Both the position numbers and the translations under genes were made by a program. The notes beneath the pieces were generated by a model. It ran no database searches. It was not told the origin of the DNA and saw only the letters and a program-made list of their open reading frames with translations. Below, in pieces: positions 21,249 through 30,334 of a DNA stretch of 64,000 bases (within the stretch, counting starts at the first letter, position 1; the number at the start of each line of letters is the position of its first letter). The DNA is taken from positions 8,643 to 72,642 of the forward strand of contig CANNCQ010000002.1 of NCBI GenBank assembly GCA_947503135.1. The letters are read 5' to 3'. The DNA comes from an uncultured Aquimarina sp. (lineage in GTDB: Bacteria > Bacteroidota > Bacteroidia > Flavobacteriales > Flavobacteriaceae).

Positions 21249-23009
21249 TTGAAGTCATTAAAACATATTAATACCTATTTTTCTAAGTATAAAATTCGTT
21301 TAATTTTAGGGTTGTTTATAGCCATTGGATCTCGAATTTTTGCGGTTGCCGTACCTAAGTTAGTTGGCGATTCGGTTTCCGTTGTAGAACAGTATCAAAA
21401 AGGTTTAGTTACAGATTTTGATGAAGTAAAGTACCAATTAATTTTAAATATAGCTTTAATAATTGGAGTAGCTTTAGCTGCTGGTTTTTTGATGTTTTTA
21501 ATGCGTCAAACTTTTATAGTGGTTTCTAGGTTTATTGAATTTGATCTTAAAAATGAAATTTACAACCACTATCAAAAACTTTCATTAAGTTTTTACAAAT
21601 CTAACCGTACAGGCGATTTAATGAGCCGTATTAGCGAAGATGTAATGAAAGTGCGAATGTACGCTGGCCCTGCTTTAATGTATAGCGTAAATACAATTAC
21701 ATTATTTGTAATATGCTTATTTTATATGTCGAGTGTAGCTCCTAAATTAACCTTATATACAGTAGCACCATTACCTTTTTTAAGTATTGCTATTTACTTT
21801 TTAAGTGTCGCTATAAATAAACGCACAACAGTAGTACAAGAGTATCTGTCAAAACTCACATCAGTTACTCAAGAAGCATTTAGTGGGATATCTGTAGTAA
21901 AGGCTTATAGTATTCAAAAAAGCACACAACAAAACTTCGATAAAATTGCAGCAGCGCACAAACAAAAGAGTATTCATTTAGCGAGTGTTCAGGCATTATT
22001 TTTTCCTTTAATGGTTTTGTTGATTGGAGCTAGTAACATTATTGTAATTTATGTGGGAGGACAACAATACATAGATGGAGAAATAAAAGACTTTGGTATT
22101 TTAGTACAGTTTATTATTTACGTGAATATGTTAACATGGCCCGTTGCCACTGTAGGATGGGTTTCTTCTATAGTACAACAAGCGGAAGCCTCTCAAAAAA
22201 GAATTAATGAATTTTTGGAAACCACACCAGAAATCACAGATTCAGTTACTGCTGAAAGCTTTAAATTGAATAATAGTATAAGATTCGATAATGTAAGTTT
22301 TACCTATCCCGATACAGGTATAGAAGCTTTAAAAAATGTGTCATTTACTTTACAAAAAGGTAAAACACTTGGTATTGTAGGAAATACCGGTTCTGGTAAG
22401 TCTACTTTGTTGGAGTTATTAGCACGTTTGTATGATCCTACAAGTGGTGTTATATATATAGATGATGTTCCTTTAAAAAATATAAGTTTAGAAACGTTAA
22501 GATCAAAAATTGGTTTTGTACCCCAAGATGCTTTTTTGTTTAGTGATACCATAGCTAATAATTTGCGTTTTGGAAAAGAAAATGCTACAGATGAAGAATT
22601 AATAGAAGCTACCGAATTAGCCTCGGTACATCACAATATTATTAATTTTAAAAACGGTTATAATACCCTTTTAGGAGAAAGAGGGGTAACTTTATCAGGG
22701 GGGCAAAAACAACGTGTTTCCATAGCGCGTACGGTGATAAAAAAGCCTGAAATATTATTATTGGATGATTGTTTATCTGCAGTTGACACAGAAACTGAAG
22801 AGCAAATTGTAGCAAATATTAATAATTTGGCTGAAGAAAAAACAGCGCTTATTGTGAGCCATCGAATTTCTTCGGTTCAAAATGCAAATTTAATATTGGT
22901 TTTAGAAGAAGGAAAACTTATACAAAAGGGAACTGATGTAGCACTTAAAGCTGTTGATGGATATTATCAAAAACTGTATGATAAACAGTTAAAACAAAAA
23001 GATTTTTAA
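21249..23009 (+). CDS. ABC exporter, fused permease and ATPase (MdlA/MsbA-like)
   Basis: TM domain, Walker A GNTGSGKST, signature LSGGQKQR, Walker B LLLDD; TTG start at 21249 inferred because TATATTTG at 21214-21221 overlaps the ORF-track start. Confidence 0.9.
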   Translation: MKSLKHINTYFSKYKIRLILGLFIAIGSRIFAVAVPKLVGDSVSVVEQYQKGLVTDFDEVKYQLILNIALIIGVALAAGFLMFLMRQTFIVVSRFIEFDLKNEIYNHYQKLSLSFYKSNRTGDLMSRISEDVMKVRMYAGPALMYSVNTITLFVICLFYMSSVAPKLTLYTVAPLPFLSIAIYFLSVAINKRTTVVQEYLSKLTSVTQEAFSGISVVKAYSIQKSTQQNFDKIAAAHKQKSIHLASVQALFFPLMVLLIGASNIIVIYVGGQQYIDGEIKDFGILVQFIIYVNMLTWPVATVGWVSSIVQQAEASQKRINEFLETTPEITDSVTAESFKLNNSIRFDNVSFTYPDTGIEALKNVSFTLQKGKTLGIVGNTGSGKSTLLELLARLYDPTSGVIYIDDVPLKNISLETLRSKIGFVPQDAFLFSDTIANNLRFGKENATDEELIEATELASVHHNIINFKNGYNTLLGERGVTLSGGQKQRVSIARTVIKKPEILLLDDCLSAVDTETEEQIVANINNLAEEKTALIVSHRISSVQNANLILVLEEGKLIQKGTDVALKAVDGYYQKLYDKQLKQKDF

Positions 23010-23076
23010 TTTTTTTTGTGTGCGTTAATTTTTTTTTCCATTTTTGGATTAGATAACCAAAGAAATAATAAATATT

Positions 23077-23469
23077 ATGGGTGATTATGGAACATTAGAA
23101 AAAGAAGAAATTTTTTCTAAAGTTTTGAGAGCAGGGAGAAGAACTTATTTCTTCGATGTTAGAGCTACAAAAGCGGGAGATTACTATATAACCATAACAG
23201 AGAGTAAAAAATTTACTAATGATGACGGTTCATTTCATTATAAAAAACATAAAATTTACTTATACAAAGAAGATTTTACTGGTTTTACTGAAATATTAAA
23301 TGAAATGACGAATTATGTAATTAACGAAAAAGGTCAAGAGGTTATTAGCGAACGTCACCAAAAGGATTATCAAAAGCCATATGAAAATTCATCTGAGGAT
23401 TCTAAAGAAAAAATAAAATCCACTGAAAGTACACTAGGATTTACTGATGTAAACTTTGAAGATATATAA
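23077..23469 (+). CDS. PUR-family (DUF3276) single-stranded nucleic-acid-binding protein
   Basis: AGRRTYFFDV, YITITESKK and HKIYLYKEDF. Confidence 0.85.
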   Translation: MGDYGTLEKEEIFSKVLRAGRRTYFFDVRATKAGDYYITITESKKFTNDDGSFHYKKHKIYLYKEDFTGFTEILNEMTNYVINEKGQEVISERHQKDYQKPYENSSEDSKEKIKSTESTLGFTDVNFEDI

Positions 23470-23535
23470 TAATAATACCGAGTGTTTTCGGAGAATAAAC
23501 TATTCTGAAACAAACAACTATACTGACTAAACTAG

Positions 23536-23567
23536 AAAAAGGCTACTCGTAATGAGTAGCCTTTTTT
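23536..23567 (+). terminator. Intrinsic terminator
   Basis: aaaaaggctactc-gtaat-gagtagcctttttt. Confidence 0.85.
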
Positions 23568-23672
23568 GTATATTAAATTGTAGTCAAAAAAAGTCTATTG
23601 CATAGATATTAATAGCGTTGATTACACTAAAAAGTTATTGTGGGGCCATCGCGAGACGTAATATAAATACAT

Positions 23673-23707
23673 AAAAAAAGCCTTGAAATTAAATTCAAGG
23701 CTTTTTT
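23673..23707 (-). terminator. Intrinsic terminator (bidirectional form)
   Basis: aaaaaagccttgaa-attaaa-ttcaaggctttttt. Confidence 0.85.
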
Positions 23708-23725
23708 ATATATATGTCTGTTATG

Positions 23726-24115
23726 CTATAATTTACTTAAGTTTTCAGCTAAAGCGTTAATGAAATTTTGAATCGGTTTTTTAATCATCATAGCCATCAT
23801 AGGGTTAAAATCCCCATCAAAAACTAATTGAGTTTCTGTTTTTCCGTCTTTTTCAGAAATATTTGCAGTAAGCGTAAATGGAAGTTTGTCACTTGCAGCT
23901 CCTAAAACAACTTTAGAAGGAGCAATTTCTTCTTTTTGTTTTAAGATCAATTCAGGCATACCTTTTAATTGGAACAAAAATTTATCAGCAGCTAAAGTTT
24001 CAAACTTTTGCTTGCTATCGGGCATTATATGCTCAAAATTATCCACTTTGGTTAAGAAATCGAATACTTCTTGCGGAGACTTCGATATGGCTACTTTAGG
24101 GCTTTCTAAATTCAT
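23726..24115 (-). CDS. SRPBCC/CoxG-like ligand-binding protein
   Basis: EVFDFL..VDNFEHIMP N-terminus and FNPMMAMMIKKP C-terminal helix; ATG at 24115. Confidence 0.7.
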   Translation of the reverse strand: MNLESPKVAISKSPQEVFDFLTKVDNFEHIMPDSKQKFETLAADKFLFQLKGMPELILKQKEEIAPSKVVLGAASDKLPFTLTANISEKDGKTETQLVFDGDFNPMMAMMIKKPIQNFINALAENLSKL

Positions 24116-24138
24116 TATTTTATTTTTTATAAATAAAC

Positions 24139-24178
24139 AAAAAAAAAGGCAATTTGTTATGCGTGCATTGCTTTTTTT
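24139..24178 (-). terminator. Intrinsic terminator after pyrE
   Basis: Minus strand aaaaaaagcaat...attgcc followed by a long U tract. Confidence 0.6.
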
Positions 24179-24192
24179 GGTGGATAAATAAA

Positions 24193-24834
24193 TTAAATGC
24201 TCCATTTTGAAGGATCGGTCCTCCAAGATTGTAAGGTAGCTGTTTGATTTGCAGTAATGTATTCTTTTTCTTGAGCTAACTCAATTAAATTTTCATAATT
24301 GCTAAGTGTGGTAAGCTTTATAGCTGCGTTATTAAAGTTATCATCGGCTGTTTTAAAACCATAACTAAATATAGCAACCATCCCTAAAAGGTCTGCATTC
24401 ACTTTTTTAAGAGCGTCTACAGCTAAAAGGCTACTTTTTCCTGTACTAATCAAGTCTTCTATAACAACTACTTTTTTCCCTTCGGGAACAATACCCTCTA
24501 TTTGATTTTGGCGCCCATGTTTTTTTGCTTCTGGACGTATATAAATGAATGGTAAATCCAAGGCATTTGCTACCAACATGCCAATACCAATAGCACCAGT
24601 GGCAACACCTGCAATTACTTCGACATCGCTGTATTCTTGTTTTATAAGAGTAGCAAATTTTTGAGTGATAGAGTTTCTTACTTCAGGATAAGACAAACAA
24701 ATACGATTGTCACAATAAATAGGAGACTTCCAACCGGATGCCCATGTAAATGGATCTTGTGGTTGTAATTTAATTGCGTTAATTTGCAGTAATTGCAACG
24801 CAGTTTCTTTAGCGGTTTCTGTATTAAAAATCAT
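24193..24834 (-). CDS. pyrE: Orotate phosphoribosyltransferase
   Basis: FTWASGWKSPIYCDNR and VVVIEDLISTGKS PRPP-binding motif; ATG at 24834. Confidence 0.95.
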   Translation of the reverse strand: MIFNTETAKETALQLLQINAIKLQPQDPFTWASGWKSPIYCDNRICLSYPEVRNSITQKFATLIKQEYSDVEVIAGVATGAIGIGMLVANALDLPFIYIRPEAKKHGRQNQIEGIVPEGKKVVVIEDLISTGKSSLLAVDALKKVNADLLGMVAIFSYGFKTADDNFNNAAIKLTTLSNYENLIELAQEKEYITANQTATLQSWRTDPSKWSI

Positions 24835-24839
24835 AAGCA

Positions 24840-24847
24840 CAAATGTA
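24840..24847 (-). promoter_or_regulatory. -7 promoter element of pyrE, overlapping the start codon of the divergent NUDIX gene
   Basis: Minus strand TACATTTG, ending 5 nt before the pyrE ATG. Confidence 0.55.
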
Positions 24848-25457
24848 TAAAGTTTTTGTAAATAATGCGTCGATTCATTTGTCTACGCAATCATTTATTT
24901 CAGATGAATTCATCTCAATACCTATTCGAAAGGCCAATATGACTGAAATAATAACTCAGTTGCAAAATAATCCTTCATTAAAATTTCATTTATATCATAA
25001 GAGAGAGCAAAAGTTAATTGCTATTTTACATAAAAAATTGCCTGTAATTGTTGCTGGTGGAGGTAAAGTTTATAATAAAGAAAATAAAATTCTTTTTATA
25101 AAAAGAAATGGTTATTGGGATTTGCCTAAAGGAAAAACTGAAAAAGGAGAATCTATAGAAGAAACTTCGGTTAGAGAAGTGGAAGAAGAAACAGGGGTAA
25201 CAGGTATTGAAATTACACGTTTTTTGATGAAAACTTACCATGTGTTTAAAAGACAGGGTAAATACAAATTAAAATTAACTTATTGGTTTGAAATGAAGAC
25301 CGAGTTTGAGGGGCAGTTATACCCACAAACAGAAGAAAGTATTACTAAGGTAAAATGGAAATCTTCAGTGAAAACAAAAAAAGCATTAAAAAACACCTAC
25401 GGAACGATAACTCAATTATTTTCTAGAGAGTATTTAGCGGAAGATAATAAGAGTTAG
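24843..25457 (+). CDS. NUDIX hydrolase
   Basis: WDLPKGKTEKGESIEETSVREVEEETG Nudix box. Confidence 0.9.
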   Translation: MYKVFVNNASIHLSTQSFISDEFISIPIRKANMTEIITQLQNNPSLKFHLYHKREQKLIAILHKKLPVIVAGGGKVYNKENKILFIKRNGYWDLPKGKTEKGESIEETSVREVEEETGVTGIEITRFLMKTYHVFKRQGKYKLKLTYWFEMKTEFEGQLYPQTEESITKVKWKSSVKTKKALKNTYGTITQLFSREYLAEDNKS

Positions 25458-25546
25458 CATTCTTTGGAGTAAAAATATAATCCATTTAAATAGCTTACTT
25501 TTGCATTTTCTAAAAATATGCTCTTAAGGGCTTAAAATTTTTCATA

Positions 25547-27160
25547 TTGAAACAGTATTTTAAAATTAATAATCCAGGAATTAAAAACGATATTACAGCA
25601 GGAATTACAACTTCCTTAGCAATGATTCCTGAAGTAGTTGCTTTTGCTTTTGTATTGGGTATTGATCCGCTAGTAGCACTTTCTGGGGCATTTATAGTAG
25701 GTTTAATAGCTGCAATATTTGGAGGTAGACCTGGGTTGATTTCAGGAGCAGCAGGTGCAGTAGCGGTGGTGCTGATAGATCTTTTGATAGAGGGTAATGC
25801 TAAGGGATTAGCATTTGAAACACCTGTAGACAATATGGGTTATTTTTATTTATTGGCAACCGTTGTTTTAATGGGGGCTATACAGGTATTAGCTGGTATT
25901 TTGAAATTAGGTAAATTCGTCCGCTTAATTCCTCACCCAGTAATGATGGGATTTGTTAACGGTTTGGCAATTGTTATTTTTATGGCACAACTTAAAATGT
26001 TTTTTCATAGGAATCCTACCGGAGACACATGGATGATGGCAGGGGCTGAACTTTATACAATGATTGGACTAGTAGTACTTACAATGGGTATTGTTTTTTT
26101 TCTTCCTAAATGGAAATTTACTGCAAAATTACCTGCTGCATTAACGGCTATTTTAGTGGTTACTTTGGTTAAAGTATTTGGCAATTTAAATGTGACTACA
26201 GTAGGGTCTTATATCAAAGAAGGCGGAGGAAAAGGACTTAAGGGGGAATTTCCAACTCCAAATTTAGAACTTTGGGAATACCTACCTTTTAGTGTAGATA
26301 CTTTTGCTTTTATACTTCCTTTTGCAGCTTTAGCAGCGGCAGTGGGGTTAATTGAAAGTTTAATGACATTAAACCTTGTAGATGAAATAACAGAAACTAG
26401 AGGAAACGGAAATAGAGAATGCATTGCACAAGGAGCGGCTAATATTGCTAGTGGTTTGTTAGGAGGTACTGCAGGTTGTGGTATGATAGGTCAAACTATG
26501 ATAAACATCAATTCTAAAGGTAGAGGTAGAGCGTCGGGAATTGTAATGGCTATTACACTTTTAATTTTTATTTTATTTGCCGATAAATATATTGAAATGG
26601 TGCCGATTGCAGCATTAGTAGGAGTAATGTTTATGATGGTAATTGAAACTTTTGCCTGGAGTAGTTTTAGAATTTTGAAACGTATACCGCGTTCAGATGC
26701 ATTTGTTTTAATAGCAGTGTCAGTAATTACAGTATTTGAAGACTTGGCTATTGCTGTAGTAGCGGGAGTTATAATATCGGCTCTTGTATTTGCTTGGGAA
26801 AGTTCTAAAAGAGTTCGAGTTAATAGAGGCTTAAAAGAAGATGGAACTAAAGTTTATGAAATATGGGGTTCAGTATTTTTTGGAAGTATTCAAAGTTTCA
26901 ATTCAAAATTTGATGTTAATAACGATCCAGAAAAAGTAGAAATTGACTTTATGGAAGCTAAAGTAGCGGATCATTCTGCATTAGAGGCGATTTTTGTATT
27001 AGTTGGTAAATACGAAAAATTAGGTAAAAAAGTTGTTTTGAAGCACCTTAGTACAGAGTGTAAAGATTTAATGCGTAAAGCTTCACCAAAATTCCATAAT
27101 TTAATAGAAGAAAGTGTTGAAGATCCTAGATATCATGTAATGGCAAAGGCTTTAAAGTAA
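25547..27160 (+). CDS. SulP/SLC26 family anion transporter with STAS domain
   Basis: GGRPGLISGAAGA, PVMMGFVNGLAI, NRECIAQG and C-terminal STAS; TTG start; TACTTTTG at 25496-25503. Confidence 0.9.
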   Translation: MKQYFKINNPGIKNDITAGITTSLAMIPEVVAFAFVLGIDPLVALSGAFIVGLIAAIFGGRPGLISGAAGAVAVVLIDLLIEGNAKGLAFETPVDNMGYFYLLATVVLMGAIQVLAGILKLGKFVRLIPHPVMMGFVNGLAIVIFMAQLKMFFHRNPTGDTWMMAGAELYTMIGLVVLTMGIVFFLPKWKFTAKLPAALTAILVVTLVKVFGNLNVTTVGSYIKEGGGKGLKGEFPTPNLELWEYLPFSVDTFAFILPFAALAAAVGLIESLMTLNLVDEITETRGNGNRECIAQGAANIASGLLGGTAGCGMIGQTMININSKGRGRASGIVMAITLLIFILFADKYIEMVPIAALVGVMFMMVIETFAWSSFRILKRIPRSDAFVLIAVSVITVFEDLAIAVVAGVIISALVFAWESSKRVRVNRGLKEDGTKVYEIWGSVFFGSIQSFNSKFDVNNDPEKVEIDFMEAKVADHSALEAIFVLVGKYEKLGKKVVLKHLSTECKDLMRKASPKFHNLIEESVEDPRYHVMAKALK

Positions 27161-27182
27161 TTTCTAGTTTATATAATTTGAG

Positions 27183-27219
27183 TAACAAAAAAAGACTTCC
27201 TAAGGGTCTTTTTTTGTTA
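27183..27219 (+). terminator. Intrinsic terminator
   Basis: taacaaaaaaagact...ggtctttttttgtta. Confidence 0.7.
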
Positions 27220-27308
27220 TTTGTTAAGAGAGGTCATTCAGGCAATAGTCTAACTTTGTAACATAGCTAATAGAAAAGTTCAAGATTATCGATTTTAAGG
27301 TTTTGGAT

Positions 27309-27341
27309 TTAGGATTAAAAAATGTAATTTTTTAATCCTAA
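27309..27341. repeat. Perfect 15-bp inverted repeat with 3-nt loop
   Basis: ttaggattaaaaaat-gta-attttttaatcctaa. Confidence 0.8.
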
Positions 27342-27369
27342 CATTGGTTTAAGTTCAGTTTAATTTACG

Positions 27370-28422
27370 TTAAATGAAGTAATTTACAAACAGTGCTACT
27401 ACATAATTATAACTTTTTATCCCTTTTGACTGATTGTTAACTTTTAAAAATTCCCCGTAAAAAAGCTTAAATAATGGTTCAAAAGGGTTATCATAAGCCT
27501 GCCAAAACTCTCGGCTTTCATCATAATTTTTTAAAATACCAGGGCACATTTTTTCTTTAATGCATATAAATTTTTGATAATCTCTAAGGTATAATTCATG
27601 TAAGCAATAACGCAAAGCAAAAGTATAACCCGAATATTTGAAATAAGGATCGGTGCTATTCATACATGCCATCACACCAATAAAATTAGCCTCATTTTCT
27701 TTAGCAAATCCTAATTGATGAGCTTCTTCGTGGCAGCTTGTAGTTGGCATTTTGTAAGGCACAATTAGTCGGTTTACCTGAGCTTCGTTGGTAAAGGGGT
27801 TTAAATAACCGCTAAAACCCATATAGGTTAATGGAACGCTCAGCATTGATTTTTTTATGCTTTTTGGAGTGTATTTTAATTTTGGAAATTTTTTATGCAA
27901 CTCATTATAAGCGTCTATAGTACGATCAAAAATTTGCTCTGTTGTGTAATTATATGTTACAGCTAAACTATCTACTGTTTCTATTTTTTGATGTAACTCG
28001 TTGGACTTTTTAAGCAATTTAAGCGTTACTTGTTCTAGTTGGTCTGTGTTGTACTTATCTTCAATTTGTAAAATTTTGTGTAATGGATTTCGGTAATAAT
28101 TCAATCCCCATAGTAAATGGAATGTAAAATAAATAGCAGACGTTAAAACTAAAGATTTTCGAACAACTTCTATAAATCCTACTTGTCGTTTTCTGATTTT
28201 TTTAAAAATAAAGGCTAAAATATTTATTGCGATGATTAGGTATAAAATATCACCAATAGAAAATGGGAATACGCCAAATATAGACCGTAATAACTTGCTT
28301 ATTTGTGGGTACAAACCCTGACTGTAATTTTCTTCAATCCAAACACTATGGTTGCTGGCCCATTTTATAAATAAAATTTGTACAGGAAGTATTATTGGAA
28401 GAATCCACTTTTTTAAATTCAT
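27370..28422 (-). CDS. DUF3810-like membrane protein with HExxH motif
   Basis: WGLNYYR, GYLNPFTNEAQVN and CHEEAHQLGFAKENEANF. Confidence 0.75.
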   Translation of the reverse strand: MNLKKWILPIILPVQILFIKWASNHSVWIEENYSQGLYPQISKLLRSIFGVFPFSIGDILYLIIAINILAFIFKKIRKRQVGFIEVVRKSLVLTSAIYFTFHLLWGLNYYRNPLHKILQIEDKYNTDQLEQVTLKLLKKSNELHQKIETVDSLAVTYNYTTEQIFDRTIDAYNELHKKFPKLKYTPKSIKKSMLSVPLTYMGFSGYLNPFTNEAQVNRLIVPYKMPTTSCHEEAHQLGFAKENEANFIGVMACMNSTDPYFKYSGYTFALRYCLHELYLRDYQKFICIKEKMCPGILKNYDESREFWQAYDNPFEPLFKLFYGEFLKVNNQSKGIKSYNYVVALFVNYFI

Positions 28423-28494
28423 ATCTTAAAAATAGTTATTTTTCGTTATTTGACATTTATGAATACTTATATTTGAGTAAAAGAAGCCATATTT

Positions 28495-29958
28495 ATGAAT
28501 ACAGATATACTACAATTAGAACCACAGTCTCTTTGGAAGCAATTTTCAGCACTTAATGCCGTTCCTCGTCCTTCTAAAAAAGAAGAACGCGTTATTACTT
28601 TTATGATTGATTTTGCAAAATCTTTAGGGTTACAATATAAACAAGATGCGGAAGGAAATGTAGTAATTATAAAGCCAGCTAGTAAAGGTTTTGAAAACAG
28701 AAAAACCGTAGTAATGCAATCGCATTTGGATATGGTGCATCAAAAAAACAACGATACTCAGTTCGATTTTAATACACAAGGTATTCAAATGAAGATTGTA
28801 GGGGATTGGGTAAAAGCAGAGGGAACTACTTTGGGTGCGGATAACGGTATTGGAGTAGCTACTATTATGGCGATTTTAGCTTCAAATACAATTAAACATC
28901 CTACTATTGAAGCATTATTTACTGTTGATGAAGAAACGGGAATGACAGGAGCTCAGAATTTAGGAAAAGATTTACTTACAGGTAAAATTTTATTGAATTT
29001 AGATACAGAAGAAGATGATGAAATTTGTATTGGATGTGCTGGTGGTGTAGATATTACTGCAAAACGTTCTTACAAGCAAGAAGTGGTTGATGAAACTAAA
29101 GTAGCTTACAAGATTTCAGTAAAAGGCTTGGAGGGCGGACATTCAGGAATTGAAATTCACAAAGGCTTAGGAAATGCAAACAAAATTATGAATAGGTTGT
29201 TGTTAGATGCCTATGAAAATTTTGGATTGAGAATCCATAGCTTGCAAGGTGGGAGTCTTCGAAATGCAATTCCAAGAGAAAGCGATGCGGTTGTGGTAGT
29301 TGATAAAGTGCATCAAGAGGCTTTTGAGATAGAAATGAAGTTACTTTCTGATTTGATAAAAGCGGAGCAGCAAAAAATGGATCCGAATTTAAAAATTGAT
29401 GTAGTAAAAACAGAAACGCCACAAAAAATAATGGATTTAGGTGTTCAAATAGGTATTTTAAAATCTATATATGCAGCTCATAACGGAGTGTTTCGTATGT
29501 CTCCAGAAATAAAAGATTTAGTCGAGGCTTCTAATAACATAGCTAAAGTTGTAATAAGTAATGGAACACTACAAATTGAATGTTTAACACGAAGTAGTGT
29601 AGAATCTTCAAGAGATGATGTTGCCAATGGTTTACGGGCAGCGTTTGAGCTTTCTGGTTGTGAGGTTACTTTTGGAGGAGAATACCCAGGGTGGCAACCT
29701 AAAAGAGATGCAGCAATTTTACAATTGGTAGATGATGCGTATTTTGAGTTACATAAAGAAAGAGCGCATGTAATGGCCTGCCATGCAGGTTTGGAATGTG
29801 GTATAATAGGAGAGCATTATCCTGAAATGGAAATGATATCATTTGGACCTACAATTCTTGGAGCTCATTCTCCTGACGAGCGTGTTTCAATAAGTTCAGT
29901 ACAAAAATACTGGAAATTGGTTTTAGCTGTTTTGGAAAATATTCCAGAAGAATCATAG
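28495..29958 (+). CDS. pepD: Aminoacyl-histidine dipeptidase (M20C)
   Basis: QSHLDMV, LGADNGIG, DEETGM, HAGLECG and AHSPDE. Confidence 0.92.
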   Translation: MNTDILQLEPQSLWKQFSALNAVPRPSKKEERVITFMIDFAKSLGLQYKQDAEGNVVIIKPASKGFENRKTVVMQSHLDMVHQKNNDTQFDFNTQGIQMKIVGDWVKAEGTTLGADNGIGVATIMAILASNTIKHPTIEALFTVDEETGMTGAQNLGKDLLTGKILLNLDTEEDDEICIGCAGGVDITAKRSYKQEVVDETKVAYKISVKGLEGGHSGIEIHKGLGNANKIMNRLLLDAYENFGLRIHSLQGGSLRNAIPRESDAVVVVDKVHQEAFEIEMKLLSDLIKAEQQKMDPNLKIDVVKTETPQKIMDLGVQIGILKSIYAAHNGVFRMSPEIKDLVEASNNIAKVVISNGTLQIECLTRSSVESSRDDVANGLRAAFELSGCEVTFGGEYPGWQPKRDAAILQLVDDAYFELHKERAHVMACHAGLECGIIGEHYPEMEMISFGPTILGAHSPDERVSISSVQKYWKLVLAVLENIPEES

Positions 29959-29978
29959 TTTTTCGTCTTTAAATTTTC

Positions 29979-30022
29979 AAAAAAGCCCCTGTTTTAAAGC
30001 TGTAAAACAGGGGCTTTTTTTT
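29979..30022 (+). terminator. Intrinsic terminator
   Basis: aaaaaagcccctgtttta-aagctg-taaaacaggggctttttttt. Confidence 0.88.
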
Positions 30023-30334
30023 ACTTATTTACAAAGCGTTGATTACTGGTTTAATATAAATTTCTCAAGGTTTAGCAATATTTTGAAATCTTCTAAGTGT
30101 TTACAGGTAAATATTTTTAACGATCATTCAAAATGAAATTGAAGAATATTTTTAATTATTTAGTATTCAATACTTTATAATAAAACAGGCTTAGTATTGA
30201 TTTTTATGAATACTATATCAATTTGTTTTGAGGATTCGATAAAACACATTTTTTTTGGTAAATACTTAAATATTTAATTAAAATAAACAGATAATTATAT
30301 TAGATTAGTCAATAGTTAAAAACAAATTTCATTA

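Noticed and set aside
23640..23660. Possible tRNA fragment (gtggggcc...)
   Set aside because: No T-loop (GTTCGA/TCGAAC) or cloverleaf can be built; kept only as an unexplained GC-rich patch.
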